The notes beneath the pieces were generated by a model that saw only the letters and a list, made by a program, of their open reading frames with translations, did not search any database and was not told where the DNA came from. A program made the position numbers and the translations under genes. A stretch of DNA of 64,000 bases from an uncultured delta proteobacterium. Its GTDB lineage: Bacteria; Desulfobacterota; Desulfobacteria; Desulfobacterales; JAHEIW01. Positions 45,889 through 56,664 of the stretch are shown here, piece after piece (the stretch's first letter is position 1; every line of letters starts with the position of its first letter). Location: NCBI GenBank assembly GCA_963706575.1, contig CAVPNL010000008.1:160001-224000 (forward strand), in the 5' to 3' direction.

Positions 45889-47904
45889 ATGGGGACTCAT
45901 GTATACTGGCTGTTCTTTTTTGTTCTCCTTTACTGGGGCTACTGCATTACCATCGGCGTTACCGGTTACCTGAGGGCCAAGAAAGGGACCGATTACTTCA
46001 TTGCCGGCCGCTCGCTCAACATCTGGGTTTTTGTGCTGGCTGCCACGGCAACCTCATTTAGCGGATGGACCTTTGTCGGCCACCCGGCTTTAATCTGGCG
46101 CGACGGCCTGCCTTACGGATATGCATCTTTTTATGTGCTTACCATTCCGTTTACAGGTGTGCTTTTTCTCAAGCGCCAGTGGCTGATCGGCAAACGCTAT
46201 GGGTTTGTCACCCCAGGGGAGATGTACAATGGATATTTTAACTCAGAGGCCATGCGTATTCTGACCGTCCTCGTAGCGCTGTTTTTCAGTGTGCCCTACC
46301 TGGGAATTCAGCTGCGGGCCTCGGGGGTTCTCTTTAACATTTTAACCGATGGCATGTTTTCGGTTAACGTCGGCATGTGGATGCTGGCCATTGTCGTGCT
46401 GCTGTATGTGGGCCTGGGCGGTTTGCGCTCGGTGGCTTACGTGGACACGGCCCAGTGCATTTTGCTCTGGAGCGGGATTGTCACTCTGGGCATTATTTCC
46501 ATGAAATTTGCCGGGGGCTTTGATGCGCTGACCGCCAAGTTCGGCGACATCGTGGCCTGGATCAACAGTGGCGGTACGGCTGTGCCCGCCTGGGCGGATC
46601 CGGAGGCGGTCAAAGTCTTTCTGGCCAACAAGAAGTCCATCTTCAAAATTACACCGGATGGCTACAGTCATTTCGTGGCGGTGCCCGGCGTGCTTCAATT
46701 TGTCGCGCACGGCCCCAACGCCGTCGGCGGCACCTGGACCGGCTTGATGATCCTGAGTTACATGTTCGCTCTGATGGGCATTCATGCCTCGCCGGCGTTT
46801 TCGATGTGGGCTTTTGCCAACAAGAACCCCAGACCCTTTCCGCTGCAGCAGGTGTGGGCCTCCACCCTGGGTATCGGATTCGCCCTGTTTATTTTTACCA
46901 CTATGCAGGGCATGGGCGGATGGGTGCTGGCGTTGTTGCCCGGCGGTAGCGGTGAGACGATACTCCCGTTGGCCAATCTGGTGGGTGGCAAACAGGCGAA
47001 TCTGGTGCCATATCTGATCCATCTGATGAAGGATACGGCGCCGTTTGCCGTGGGTCTTCTGGCCATCTGTGCTCTGGCGGCCATGCAGTCCACCGGCGCG
47101 GCCTATATGTCCACTGCCAGCGGCATGCTGACCCGCGACATCGTCAAACGCTATATCAAAAAAGACATGAGCGAAACCCAGCAAACTTACTGGGGTCGTG
47201 TCACTGTTACGATCGTGGTCGGTTTGGCGCTGATATTCGCCACGATTGTACCGGGCGCCATCGTGATGCTGGGTGCCTTTGCGACCTCCTACGGGTTTAT
47301 GATGTACCCGGCCCTGATTGCGGTCTGTTATTGGAAATTCCTCACCCGTCAGGGAGTGGTCACCGGCCTGATCTGCGGTATGCTGGCGGTGCTGGTTACT
47401 TTTAGATTTGATTTCGGCCTGCCCTGGGGCAACAGCCCCTTGACGTTTCATGCGGCGGGCTGGGGCATCCTGTTCAACCTGCCGATCGCCATTCTGGTGA
47501 GTCTGTTCACCCAACCGAAGGGCGAGCAAGAGGCAAAGCAAGCGGAATGGCACGGTTTCGTCAAAGAACATGCCGGCCTGCCCGAGGATAAGAAGTCGCT
47601 GGTCAAATGGGGTTGGATCATTACCCTGGTCTGGTTTATGTTTGCCATCGGCCCGGGCTGTGTGATCGGCAACACGATCTTTGGCGATCCGCTGAAACCG
47701 GCTACCTGGCCTATGGGGATGTCTTCCATCTGGATCTGGCAGATTATCTGGTGGATACTGGGTATCGGCATGATGTGGTTTCTGGCTTACAAACTGCAGA
47801 TGTCGACCAACATCACCACCGATTTTGAGGCCTTGAAGCACGATATTTACGAAGATGAACCGGTCGTTGAGGAATCAGCCTCCCGCGGCCAGTCAGGCAT
47901 ATAA
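45889..47904 (+). CDS. Sodium:solute symporter (SLC5/SSS), probable monocarboxylate permease
   Basis: DYFIAGR, ATSFSGWTFVGHP, YVGLGGLRSVAYVD, LAAMQST, many TM helices; located between two acyl-CoA synthetase genes. Confidence 0.85.
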   Translation: MGTHVYWLFFFVLLYWGYCITIGVTGYLRAKKGTDYFIAGRSLNIWVFVLAATATSFSGWTFVGHPALIWRDGLPYGYASFYVLTIPFTGVLFLKRQWLIGKRYGFVTPGEMYNGYFNSEAMRILTVLVALFFSVPYLGIQLRASGVLFNILTDGMFSVNVGMWMLAIVVLLYVGLGGLRSVAYVDTAQCILLWSGIVTLGIISMKFAGGFDALTAKFGDIVAWINSGGTAVPAWADPEAVKVFLANKKSIFKITPDGYSHFVAVPGVLQFVAHGPNAVGGTWTGLMILSYMFALMGIHASPAFSMWAFANKNPRPFPLQQVWASTLGIGFALFIFTTMQGMGGWVLALLPGGSGETILPLANLVGGKQANLVPYLIHLMKDTAPFAVGLLAICALAAMQSTGAAYMSTASGMLTRDIVKRYIKKDMSETQQTYWGRVTVTIVVGLALIFATIVPGAIVMLGAFATSYGFMMYPALIAVCYWKFLTRQGVVTGLICGMLAVLVTFRFDFGLPWGNSPLTFHAAGWGILFNLPIAILVSLFTQPKGEQEAKQAEWHGFVKEHAGLPEDKKSLVKWGWIITLVWFMFAIGPGCVIGNTIFGDPLKPATWPMGMSSIWIWQIIWWILGIGMMWFLAYKLQMSTNITTDFEALKHDIYEDEPVVEESASRGQSGI

Positions 47905-47941
47905 CGTTTGCACGTTAACCCTGATGAATTGGATATCAAAA

Positions 47942-47971
47942 GGATGAGGAGGCCTGTGCGCCTCCTCATCC
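47942..47971 (+). terminator. Hairpin/terminator after the symporter
   Basis: GGATGAGGAGGC-ctgtgc-GCCTCCTCATCC. Confidence 0.55.
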
Positions 47972-47987
47972 AATCCTTTTACGCAAA

Positions 47988-48506
47988 GTGAAACCCAATC
48001 TCCGAAAAATGCACCGACTGCTTTTAACGCTAACAATTTCTTTATTCATGGCTGCTGGCTGTGGTCTGGGAGTCTCTGATTATAAAGACGCCGTTTTAGA
48101 CGGCCTTTCCAATCTCAATCTGAACAAGCCGGAGGAAGCCCTTGAAAGCTTCAACCGGGCCATCTCAATTGATCCCACCCATACTGATGGCTACCTGGGG
48201 AGGGCCAACACTCTCAATACCCTTGGGCGTTACCAGGAGGCTCTCGTAGACTACAATCGGGTCATTGAAATGAATCCTGAAATCGCCAATGCCTATGTCA
48301 ACCGGGCGATTGCCTACAGCCATCTGAAAGAGTATGAAAAGGCCATTGCGGATTATGAAAAGGGATTGGAGCTGGATCCCGAAATAGATGATTCCCCCGG
48401 ATTCCTTGAGCGTATTTTTAGCAACACGCCGAATGTCGATAGGGGCATCCGCAAGCATCTGGAGTTTTTAAAGCAGCAGGTGCAAAAGACGGAGAGCAAA
48501 TCTTAA
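47988..48506 (+). CDS. TPR-repeat lipoprotein
   Basis: Lipobox-like MAAGC and three TPR-like repeats. Confidence 0.75.
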   Translation: MKPNLRKMHRLLLTLTISLFMAAGCGLGVSDYKDAVLDGLSNLNLNKPEEALESFNRAISIDPTHTDGYLGRANTLNTLGRYQEALVDYNRVIEMNPEIANAYVNRAIAYSHLKEYEKAIADYEKGLELDPEIDDSPGFLERIFSNTPNVDRGIRKHLEFLKQQVQKTESKS

Positions 48507-48536
48507 ATCGAGTTCCATTTGAAACGGAAGAACCCG

Positions 48537-48708
48537 TTTCAGGTTTCAGGTGTCAGGTGTCAGACTTCAGAGCGCAGAGGTCAGACGACAGTAGACAGCA
48601 GGCAGAAAATTGAAGGTGGAGCACCAAATCTAAGTTCGACTCGGCTGAGTTAATCGATACCTGGTCGCAGGCTTTTTACCGACACCTGACACCTGACACC
48701 TGAAACCT
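48537..48708. repeat. Heptamer-repeat palindrome (TCAGGTG / CACCTGA)
   Basis: TTCAGGTTTCAGGTGTCAGGTGTCAG ... CCGACACCTGACACCTGACACCTGAAACCT; same family as 8341-8528. Confidence 0.8.
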
Positions 48709-48741
48709 AACGCAAAAAAATTCGAGCAAAGGAGAATACTC

Positions 48742-50649
48742 ATGGCAAACCCTTATGAAATCGCACACAAACAATCCATGGAAGACCCGGACGGTTTCTG
48801 GGGGGCGGCAGCCGAAGACTGCCATTGGTATAAAAAGTGGGACAGGGTGCTGGATGACTCCAATAAACCGTTTTATCGCTGGTTTAGCGGCGGGGAGATG
48901 AACACGTGTTACAATATGCTGGACTTTCACATTGAAAACGGCCGTGGCGAGCAAAATGCGATCATCTATGACTCTCCGGTTACCGATACAATTAAAAAAT
49001 ACACCTATACTCAATTGCGCGACGAGGTGGCCCGCTTTGCCGGCGTTCTGGCCGCCCAGGGGGTGGCCAAAGGCGATCGGGTCCTGATCTACATGCCGAT
49101 GATCCCCGAGGCCGTTATCGCCATGCTGGCCTGCGCGCGTATCGGGGCGGTGCATTCAGTGGTCTTCGGCGGGTTTGCCGCCAAAGAACTGGCGGTGCGC
49201 ATTAATGACGCCAAGCCCAGGGTGATCGTATCGGCCTCATGCGGTATCGAGGTGGCGCGCGTCATTGCCTATAAACCATTACTCGATCAAGCCATCGACA
49301 TGGCCGATTCCAAACCGGGCCACTGCATTATCAAACAGCGACCGATGGAAGAAGCCGCTATGATAGCCGGGCGTGACCTGGATTGGGACGAGGTTATGGC
49401 AACCGCTGAACCGCACGACTGTGTGCCGGTGGCCGCCACCGATCCGCTGTATATCCTGTATACCTCCGGGACCACCGGCGTGCCCAAAGGCGTGGTGCGC
49501 GACAACGGTGGACATATGGTTGCCTTAAAGTGGACCATGGGCGCCATATACAATGTGGCTGCCGGAGATGTTTACTGGGCGGCCTCGGATGTCGGCTGGG
49601 TGGTCGGTCATTCTTACATCGTTTACGGCCCGTTGCTCAAAGGTTGTACCACCATTATATTCGAAGGCAAACCGGTGGGCACCCCGGATGCCGGTGTTTT
49701 CTGGCGGGTGATATCCGAACACAACGTCAAGGTCATGTTTACGGCCCCCACCGCGTTTCGTGCCATAAAACGCGAAGATCCCCGGGCCGAATTGATGAAA
49801 AATTATGATCTGTCCAATTTCAAAGCCCTTTTTCTGGCCGGTGAGCGCCTGGATCCGGACACTTTGAAATGGGCCGAAAACAACCTGAACATCCCGGTAA
49901 TCGACCACTGGTGGCAGACGGAAACCGGCTGGGCCATCGCCGGTAACTGTATGGGGCTGCACCATTTTCCGGTCAAAGAAGGCTCGCCTACCAAAGCCGC
50001 TCCGGGCTGGAACCTGCAGGTGGTCGACGAGAATACCCAGCCGGTTGCCAGCGGAGAGATCGGCGCGCTGGTGGCCAAACTTCCGCTGCCGCCGGGCACA
50101 CTTCCTACGCTGTGGAACAATGATCAGGGCTTTTTAGCCGCCTATATGGAAGAATTTCCCGGGTATTATAAGACCGCGGATGCCGGGTTTATTGATGCAG
50201 AAGGCTATGTTTTTGTGATGAGCCGCACCGATGATATCATCAATGTCGCCGGTCATCGCCTTTCGACCGGCGCGATGGAGGAAATTCTGGCAGATCACCC
50301 GGATGTGGCAGAGTGCGCCGTGCTGGGGGTCGAAGATAAGCTCAAGGGTCAGGTACCGGTCGGCTTTGTGGTGCTCAACGCCGGCGTTAGCCGTGAACCG
50401 GGCGATATTGTCGCAGAAGTCATCCAGATGGTTCGGGAGCGCATCGGACCGGTGGCCTCTTTTAAGACCGCCACGGTGGTCAAGCGCCTGCCCAAAACCC
50501 GCTCCGGCAAGATTTTGCGCGGCACGATTCAAAAAATCGCCGATAATACGCCATTTAATGTGCCGGCGACCATTGATGACCCTGCAATTTTGCAAGAAAT
50601 GGAGGAAGCATTGATCGGCATCGGGTACGCCAAAGCCAAAAAAGAATAG
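48742..50649 (+). CDS. prpE: Propionyl-CoA synthetase-like acyl-CoA ligase
   Basis: YTSGTTGVPKGVVRDNGGH, SDVGWVVGHSY, FLAGER, IDHWWQTETGW, PKTRSGKILR. Confidence 0.85.
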   Translation: MANPYEIAHKQSMEDPDGFWGAAAEDCHWYKKWDRVLDDSNKPFYRWFSGGEMNTCYNMLDFHIENGRGEQNAIIYDSPVTDTIKKYTYTQLRDEVARFAGVLAAQGVAKGDRVLIYMPMIPEAVIAMLACARIGAVHSVVFGGFAAKELAVRINDAKPRVIVSASCGIEVARVIAYKPLLDQAIDMADSKPGHCIIKQRPMEEAAMIAGRDLDWDEVMATAEPHDCVPVAATDPLYILYTSGTTGVPKGVVRDNGGHMVALKWTMGAIYNVAAGDVYWAASDVGWVVGHSYIVYGPLLKGCTTIIFEGKPVGTPDAGVFWRVISEHNVKVMFTAPTAFRAIKREDPRAELMKNYDLSNFKALFLAGERLDPDTLKWAENNLNIPVIDHWWQTETGWAIAGNCMGLHHFPVKEGSPTKAAPGWNLQVVDENTQPVASGEIGALVAKLPLPPGTLPTLWNNDQGFLAAYMEEFPGYYKTADAGFIDAEGYVFVMSRTDDIINVAGHRLSTGAMEEILADHPDVAECAVLGVEDKLKGQVPVGFVVLNAGVSREPGDIVAEVIQMVRERIGPVASFKTATVVKRLPKTRSGKILRGTIQKIADNTPFNVPATIDDPAILQEMEEALIGIGYAKAKKE

Positions 50650-50661
50650 AGTGATATCGTT

Positions 50662-51051
50662 ATGCCCAAAGAAATTCTCATCGTAGATGATGAACCCAGC
50701 ATTGTCGTTCCGATCCAATTTTTAATGGAGCAGCAGGGCTATAATGTCATTATTGCGGTGAACGGCGAGGATGCGCTTGACATTATTTTAAAATACAAGC
50801 CGGATCTCATCTTGTTGGATATCATGCTTCCCGGAATTGATGGGTATGAAGTCTGCGAAATCGTGCGCTTGAATCCTGATTTTAGAAATGTTAAGATTAT
50901 TTTTCTGACTGCTAAGGGCCGCGAGGTCGAAATCGCCAAGGGCATGGCGCTCGGGGCAGACGCTTATATTATCAAGCCGTTTTCGAATGCAGAAGTTGTC
51001 GCCAAGGTCAAAGAGCTTCTAGAAAATACGCATGAAAAGACGGGGACATAA
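50662..51051 (+). CDS. Single-domain response regulator receiver
   Basis: IVDDE, LLDIMLP, FLTA, YIIKPF; no output domain. Confidence 0.92.
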   Translation: MPKEILIVDDEPSIVVPIQFLMEQQGYNVIIAVNGEDALDIILKYKPDLILLDIMLPGIDGYEVCEIVRLNPDFRNVKIIFLTAKGREVEIAKGMALGADAYIIKPFSNAEVVAKVKELLENTHEKTGT

Positions 51052-53191
51052 ATTCTGGCAGGCGATTGCGCTATCTTTTGCAGCTTGGCTAATCATATGC
51101 GTTGCTTTCGCAGTCTGGTTTAAAACTCAACTATCCCCTGAGGCGCATACCCTTTTACTGGGCCTCTTCAAAGACCACTTCGGCCCGCTTCTTATTCTGT
51201 CCGTGCTTCTGCTTCTGGTTGGCGTAATGTTTCTGGACAGTGTCTTGCGCAAATACATCCGGCCCCTACGAAAAATTGCCGAACAAATATCACTGGTTAA
51301 TCCCACCAATCCCTCACACCGCTTTGAAATATCAGGTGCCGTGGAAATTCAGCAGCTCTGTGATCGATTGAACGATGGGGCGGCGCATTACGAATCCCTG
51401 CTCAGTGATATTGAGGGCCGCGTCAATAGTGGCAGAGCCCAGTCGGAAGAAGAGAAAAATATCCTGGCGGCCATTATGTCGGAGTTGCCCGAAGGGGTAA
51501 TTGTCTGCAACCCCGACGGTCAAATTCTTTTATACAACAACCGTGCAAAACTTCTGCTGTCGGGCTTGGGCAATGACAGCCCTGAAAAATCCATACGATT
51601 TATCGGTCTGGGGCGCTCTGTTTTCGAGACTTTTGACGAAAATTTAATCCGGCACACCATCGATCAGATAACTGCTAAATTGGAACATAACGAACCGGAT
51701 GTGGTGTCGTATTTTGTCACTCCTGGAGCCGAAAATACCCTGCTAAGGGTCGAAGCCGTTCCGATTTTGAACTTCCGCAGGCATTACTCGGGTTTGATTC
51801 TGATTCTGTATGACATTACCCAGCAACTCGAAGCTCAAAATTATTTAAACCTCACCTTGCAATCCTTTACCCGCGGAATCCGGGCCTCATTTGCCGGTAT
51901 TCGCTCGGCTATCGAAACCATATTGGACTACCCGGATATGGATGCCAATCGTCTCGAAACGCTTAAAAAGATTATCCACAAAGAATCGCTGAATATCGGT
52001 GACATTTTAGAGAGCGATCCAACGCTGTCCTCTCATCCCCTCTTCAATCAGTGGCCGCTGGTTCGAGTTTCGGTGCGCGACCTGTTTGAAACATTGCAGA
52101 CCAGGTGTCGTCAGAGTTTAAATTTGCGAATCCGTATGGAAAATTTGACCGGCGAGCATTACGTCAATGTAGACCATTCTTCCTTTTTACTGGCCCTGTT
52201 AAGCGTCATTCAGCAGATCCAAACAGCCACCGGTGTAGCTGAGCTCTCCTGCCGTTTGACCCCGCTGAGGCGTTTTGTCGGTTTGGATTTGCTCTGGTCG
52301 GGTTACCCGCTAAAAGCAGACACGTTGAAAGCCTGGGAGGCACAGCCGCTGGTGTATGAAAAAGAAGGCTATTCGTTAAGCCTCCGGGAAGTGATTGATC
52401 ATCACAACGGTGAAATCGGCTTATATGCATCCAGGAGTTTAAAGGATACAGCTTATGTGCGCTTTTTTCTCCCGGTTCCCTACCTGATTAAGCCCGAAAA
52501 ATCAAGATCCTTGACGATTTTGCCCGAAAGCCGTCCCGAGTTCTATGATTTTGATATGTTTTTGCAAGCGGAGCAGCATCCGGAGCTTGAAAACCGCAAG
52601 CTGGCAGAGCTGACTTACACCGTATTTGATCTTGAAACCACCGGTTTAAATCCCAATGAGGGCGATGAGATTATTTCCGTCGGCGCGATTCGAATCGTTA
52701 ATGGCCGTTTGCTGCAAAGGGAACGTTTTGAACAACTGGTGGACCCCCGGCGATCGATACCCTGGACGTCGGTGAAAATACATGGGATTCATCCCGAGAT
52801 GTTGCAAGGAAAGCCGACGATCGATGAGGTGTTGCCGATGTTCCATGATTTTGTAAAAGACACCATTCTGGTGGCTCACAATGCGGCTTTTGATATGCGC
52901 TTTTTACAATTAAAGGAGGAACAGACCGGGGTGCGGTTTATAAACCCGGTGCTGGATACATTATTATTATCGGCCGTTGTCCACCCGTCCCACGAAGATC
53001 ATAATCTGGAAGCCATTGCCAAACGGCTGGGGGTTAGAATCCTGGCCCGGCATACATCGATGGGGGATGCCATTGCCACCGGAGAAATGTTTCTCAAATT
53101 TTTGCCGCTGTTGTCCCAGCAGCAAATTTTTACCCTCAAGCAGGCCCTGGCGGCTTCCCAGAAAACATTTTATGCCCGGAAGCAATTTTAG
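51032..53191 (+). CDS. Membrane HAMP-PAS-degenerate kinase fused to a DEDDh 3'-5' exonuclease domain
   Basis: Two TM segments, PAS ([19 protein letters not shown]), and C-terminal [30 protein letters not shown]. Confidence 0.85.
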   Translation: MKRRGHKFWQAIALSFAAWLIICVAFAVWFKTQLSPEAHTLLLGLFKDHFGPLLILSVLLLLVGVMFLDSVLRKYIRPLRKIAEQISLVNPTNPSHRFEISGAVEIQQLCDRLNDGAAHYESLLSDIEGRVNSGRAQSEEEKNILAAIMSELPEGVIVCNPDGQILLYNNRAKLLLSGLGNDSPEKSIRFIGLGRSVFETFDENLIRHTIDQITAKLEHNEPDVVSYFVTPGAENTLLRVEAVPILNFRRHYSGLILILYDITQQLEAQNYLNLTLQSFTRGIRASFAGIRSAIETILDYPDMDANRLETLKKIIHKESLNIGDILESDPTLSSHPLFNQWPLVRVSVRDLFETLQTRCRQSLNLRIRMENLTGEHYVNVDHSSFLLALLSVIQQIQTATGVAELSCRLTPLRRFVGLDLLWSGYPLKADTLKAWEAQPLVYEKEGYSLSLREVIDHHNGEIGLYASRSLKDTAYVRFFLPVPYLIKPEKSRSLTILPESRPEFYDFDMFLQAEQHPELENRKLAELTYTVFDLETTGLNPNEGDEIISVGAIRIVNGRLLQRERFEQLVDPRRSIPWTSVKIHGIHPEMLQGKPTIDEVLPMFHDFVKDTILVAHNAAFDMRFLQLKEEQTGVRFINPVLDTLLLSAVVHPSHEDHNLEAIAKRLGVRILARHTSMGDAIATGEMFLKFLPLLSQQQIFTLKQALAASQKTFYARKQF

Positions 53192-55966
53192 CGGGTGAGG
53201 GCGGCTTCCAGGGTGATCGGCAGTGAAAATGAAAAAGTAGACCCTCTGCCGGGCGTACTATCAACCCATATTTTTCCATGGTGAAAGTCAATGATGCGTT
53301 TGCTGATGGTCAGGCCGATGCCGGTGCCGTAGGGCCGACCTCTGGCGGGTCTTTTACCTGTTGGAATTTTTCGAAAATTTTGATTTGGTGCTCGGGTTTT
53401 ATTCCGATGCCGTTGTCCTGGACATCAACCTGCACCTGTTTGGTATTGGCCGTCAATCGGATGGTTATTTTTCCGCGATCGGCGTCGCAAAATTTGGCGG
53501 CATTTGAAATCAGATTCACCAGGACCTGAACCAGGCGATCCCGGTCGCCGGATATCGGCGGTGGATGATCGTTCAGTTCACAACCAATGGTGATGTTTTT
53601 ATCCTCGACCAGCTGGCGGGTGCTGGCGACAGCGTCCTGGATAATTTCTTTGATATCGATCGAGGTGATGACCCAGTCCATCTGGGCCGATTCGATTTTC
53701 TCATAATCCAGTACCTGGTTGATCAGACGGGTTAAGCGTTCGCTTTCTTTAATGATGATTCCTGTAAAGCTCTTGTGCTGATCTGCATCGATGTCCGGAT
53801 TGGTATGTAAAATTTCAGCCAGCGAGCGGACCGATGTCAGCGGGGTTCGCAATTCGTGGGTGACGGTTGAGATAAATTCGTCTTTGAGACGATCCAGATC
53901 CTGCAGGCGGCGGTTGGCTTCCCGAAGTTCGGCGGTGGCGTTCTCCAGTTCCCGGCTGTAGGCAATCACCTGCCGGGTTTCATCGAGAATGTTCAACACT
54001 TCTTCGATGCCCAGAGATTCTTCTTTGACAACCGAAGCGACCATGACACGGGCGGATGCTGAACCAATGGCACCGGCCAGCAATCTTTCGGCATAGCTGA
54101 CCAGGTCGGCATCAGCGGTTACCAGGTAATTCCAGCTGAGTTTACGCTCGTCGGCGTAGTCGGCAAGGGCCATGTCCGTGCGGCGTTTGCCCAAAAACCG
54201 TATTAACAGAGATTTAAGGTCCGGCAGGTTGGCTGTACCGCGCCAGAAATGGGACTCGCCGGTTTTACCGGAATATCTGAAAACATCAACAAACAGGGCG
54301 GCCTGGGTATGGTCGATGGTGCGTGGACGGCTGAAAATAGATACACCGATATAAAAGCCGATATTGGCCAGCATACTCCAGAAAACCGAATGGGATATGC
54401 GGTTAAAGTGCTGCAATCCAAATAATTGAAATGGTTTGAGCAGTACGATGCTGAAGGGTCCCCTGGTTAACAAAATCCTGAGAGATGATGCCGGCCTGCT
54501 ACCAGCGACGGCAAAAAAAGGGTGTATATCCACACCGCGAATCCGGCCAGCAGGCCGCAGATTGCGCCGGTGCGAGTGCCGCCCTTCCAAAAAATGCCAC
54601 CCAGCATGGCCGGGGCAAACTGGGCCACCAGCGCAAAAGACATCAACCCGATTGACACCAGGGCATAGAATTCGCCAATGGTACGGAAATAGGCGTAACC
54701 CAGCAACAAGACTAAAATAATACTACCGCGGCGGATGGTCAGCAGCAGCCCGCTATAATCACGACGCAGCCCAAGCGTTTCAATGGGCAACCTTAACAAC
54801 ACCGGCATGACCAGATCGTTGCAGATCATCGTGCTCAGGGCAATGGTTTCGACGATGACCATGCCGGTTGCGGCCGACATGCCGCCGAGATAAACAAACA
54901 AAGCAATCAGTTGCTGGTGTTCGACCATCGGCAGCGTGAGGACAAAGGTGTCGGCATCGATACTGCCGTCCGGGAACCGCAACACGCCGCTGAACGCCAC
55001 CGGCAAGACAAAAATGTTGATGGCCAAAAGATAGAGCGGGAAAAGCCAGATCGCTTTGTTGAGGTGCTCTTCATTCACGTTTTCTACAACCGCGACCTGG
55101 AACTGACGGGGCAAAAAGATAATGGCCAGCATGGAAATCAATAAATAAATGCTCCAGTCCGCATAACTGATTCCCTGGTCTTTTATCAGCAGGTGTTTGT
55201 CAAAAATTACTGAGCTGAGGCTGCCGGAATCACCGCTAAGGGAATTTTTTACATCGGCATATTCGGCGACTTTTTGAAACAGATCGCCAAATCCGTTATG
55301 GATGACATAGGTGACAAAAAACCCGACGGTCAGGGTAGCAGCCAGCTTGACGATCGATTCAAAGGCGATGGCCGCCACCAGCCCCTCATGCCGTTCGGTT
55401 GCGTCCAGGTGACGGGTGCCAAAAAGAATGGCGAATATCGCCAGCAGCAGGGCGATATAAAAAGCGGTGTCGCCGATTATGGGGATCTCTGAATAGTGAA
55501 ATGAAACCGATATTTCAGGATACTGGTTGATCAGAAAAAATCCGGTTGAAATGGCTTTGAGCTGCAGTGCAATGTAAGGGATGATGCCGATCACCGCTAT
55601 GATGGTAACAATTCCGCCCAGGGTGGTACTCTTGCCGTAGCGGGAGGCAATAAAATCGGCGATGGAGGTGATGCGGTGAACCTTGCTGATGCGAATAATT
55701 TTTTGCCAGATCGACCAGCCCAACAGCGCCATCAAGGTCGGGCCGATGTAAATGGTTAAAAAACCCAGGCCGCTGCGGACCGCCAGGCCGACACTGCCGT
55801 AGAAAGTCCAGGCCGTGCAATACACGGCCAGAGAAAGGGCATAGATGTAAGGATTGCTGATGATACTGCGGCCGGCATCTGCGCGTTTATCACCGTAATA
55901 GGCGATGGCAAAAAGCAGGCCCATGTAGCCAAATGAAACAAAAAGTATGACCCCGGTTTCTAGCAT
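53188..55966 (-). pseudogene. SLC5/STAC-fused sensor histidine kinase (CrbS/CbrA-like) with three single-base frameshifts (possible assembly errors)
   Basis: YALSLAVYCTAWTFYGSVG, SIADFIASRYGKS, PYIALQLKA, LPRQFQV, ERLLAGAIGSASAR, THELRTPL, NLISNAAKF, DNGIG. The C-terminal GTGIGL...GSTFSF is recovered only after a frame change and ends at the TAA at 53188-53190. Confidence 0.85.
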
Positions 55967-55969
55967 CGG

Positions 55970-56203
55970 CTATGGCCCTGTTTTATCAGCGGGTTTTGAA
56001 GATGAGCGCGGGCGGGTTTTGGTCGCGATGGCCGCCAGCAGTATTAAAAGCGTCCAACCGGTGAATACATAGAAAAAAAGCAGGGGTACACCGAATATCA
56101 TGGTTTTGAGGTTGAATAGCGATAGCAGGGGATAATTAAAAAGAACGCAACCCAGCAGAAATAAACCAACCAAACGTTTATTTTTTCTGGCTTTAGGCGT
56201 CAT
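55970..56203 (-). CDS. Small two-TM protein upstream of the SLC5 kinase
   Basis: RLVGLFLLGCVLFNYPLLSLFN...GVPLLFFYVFTGW; GAGGAG SD; 3 bp from the kinase start. Confidence 0.8.
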   Translation of the reverse strand: MTPKARKNKRLVGLFLLGCVLFNYPLLSLFNLKTMIFGVPLLFFYVFTGWTLLILLAAIATKTRPRSSSKPADKTGP

Positions 56204-56217
56204 AAATTACTCCTCGA

Positions 56218-56400
56218 TAAATGAGCTAAAATTAAAAATGATCTAAAATGCCTAAAATTATGGTTTCGTTCGCGCAGCACAGGCGCTCCTGCGGCGCCAG
56301 CGCGTGCGCGTCGTGTGCGCCGCGTGGCGATCCATCTTTAATAATAAATATGATAGAATTCCTCAATTTTAGGCATTTTAGGCACTTCTAATTTTGAGCA
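56218..56400. repeat. Nonamer-repeat palindrome with a GC-rich insert
   Basis: AAATGCCTAAAATT left arm and AATTTTAGGCATTTTAGGCAC right arm; GC-rich stretch at 56279-56329. Confidence 0.65.
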
Positions 56401-56457
56401 CCTGGGGAGCTTTTTTTCTGCCGTTGAAGATGAACTGCCAATTTTGAGATAAGTTCT

Positions 56458-56486
56458 TATATAAATTAACCGGACGAATGTGTCAA
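56458..56486 (-). promoter_or_regulatory. Possible sigma70 promoter for the small-TM/kinase operon
   Basis: Minus strand TTGACA-17 bp-TATATA. Confidence 0.45.
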
Positions 56487-56664
56487 TTCAGTCCTGAGGT
56501 TAAGGTGCCGTTACAGTTTTAAAATGCTCATTATAATTGGCACATTGAAAGAGTTATGGTACTGTAAACGCATAATTTCGATCAGCTGTTTCGCGTCGGG
56601 CAAAAGTGCTTAACGCTGATTGCGGCAGGCGAACGGATATAAAAGCCGCCGATCAGGAGCAGGT

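Noticed and set aside
46342..47841. Long antisense ORFs (also 44391-45362, 30372-31136, 5774-6472)
   Set aside because: Shadow frames opposite well-supported genes with GC-biased codon usage.
44607..49632. Identical DNA stretch GGTCATTCTTACATCGTTTACGGCCCG in acs and prpE
   Set aside because: It encodes the conserved GHSYIVYGP motif of paralogous ligases and is not a mobile repeat.
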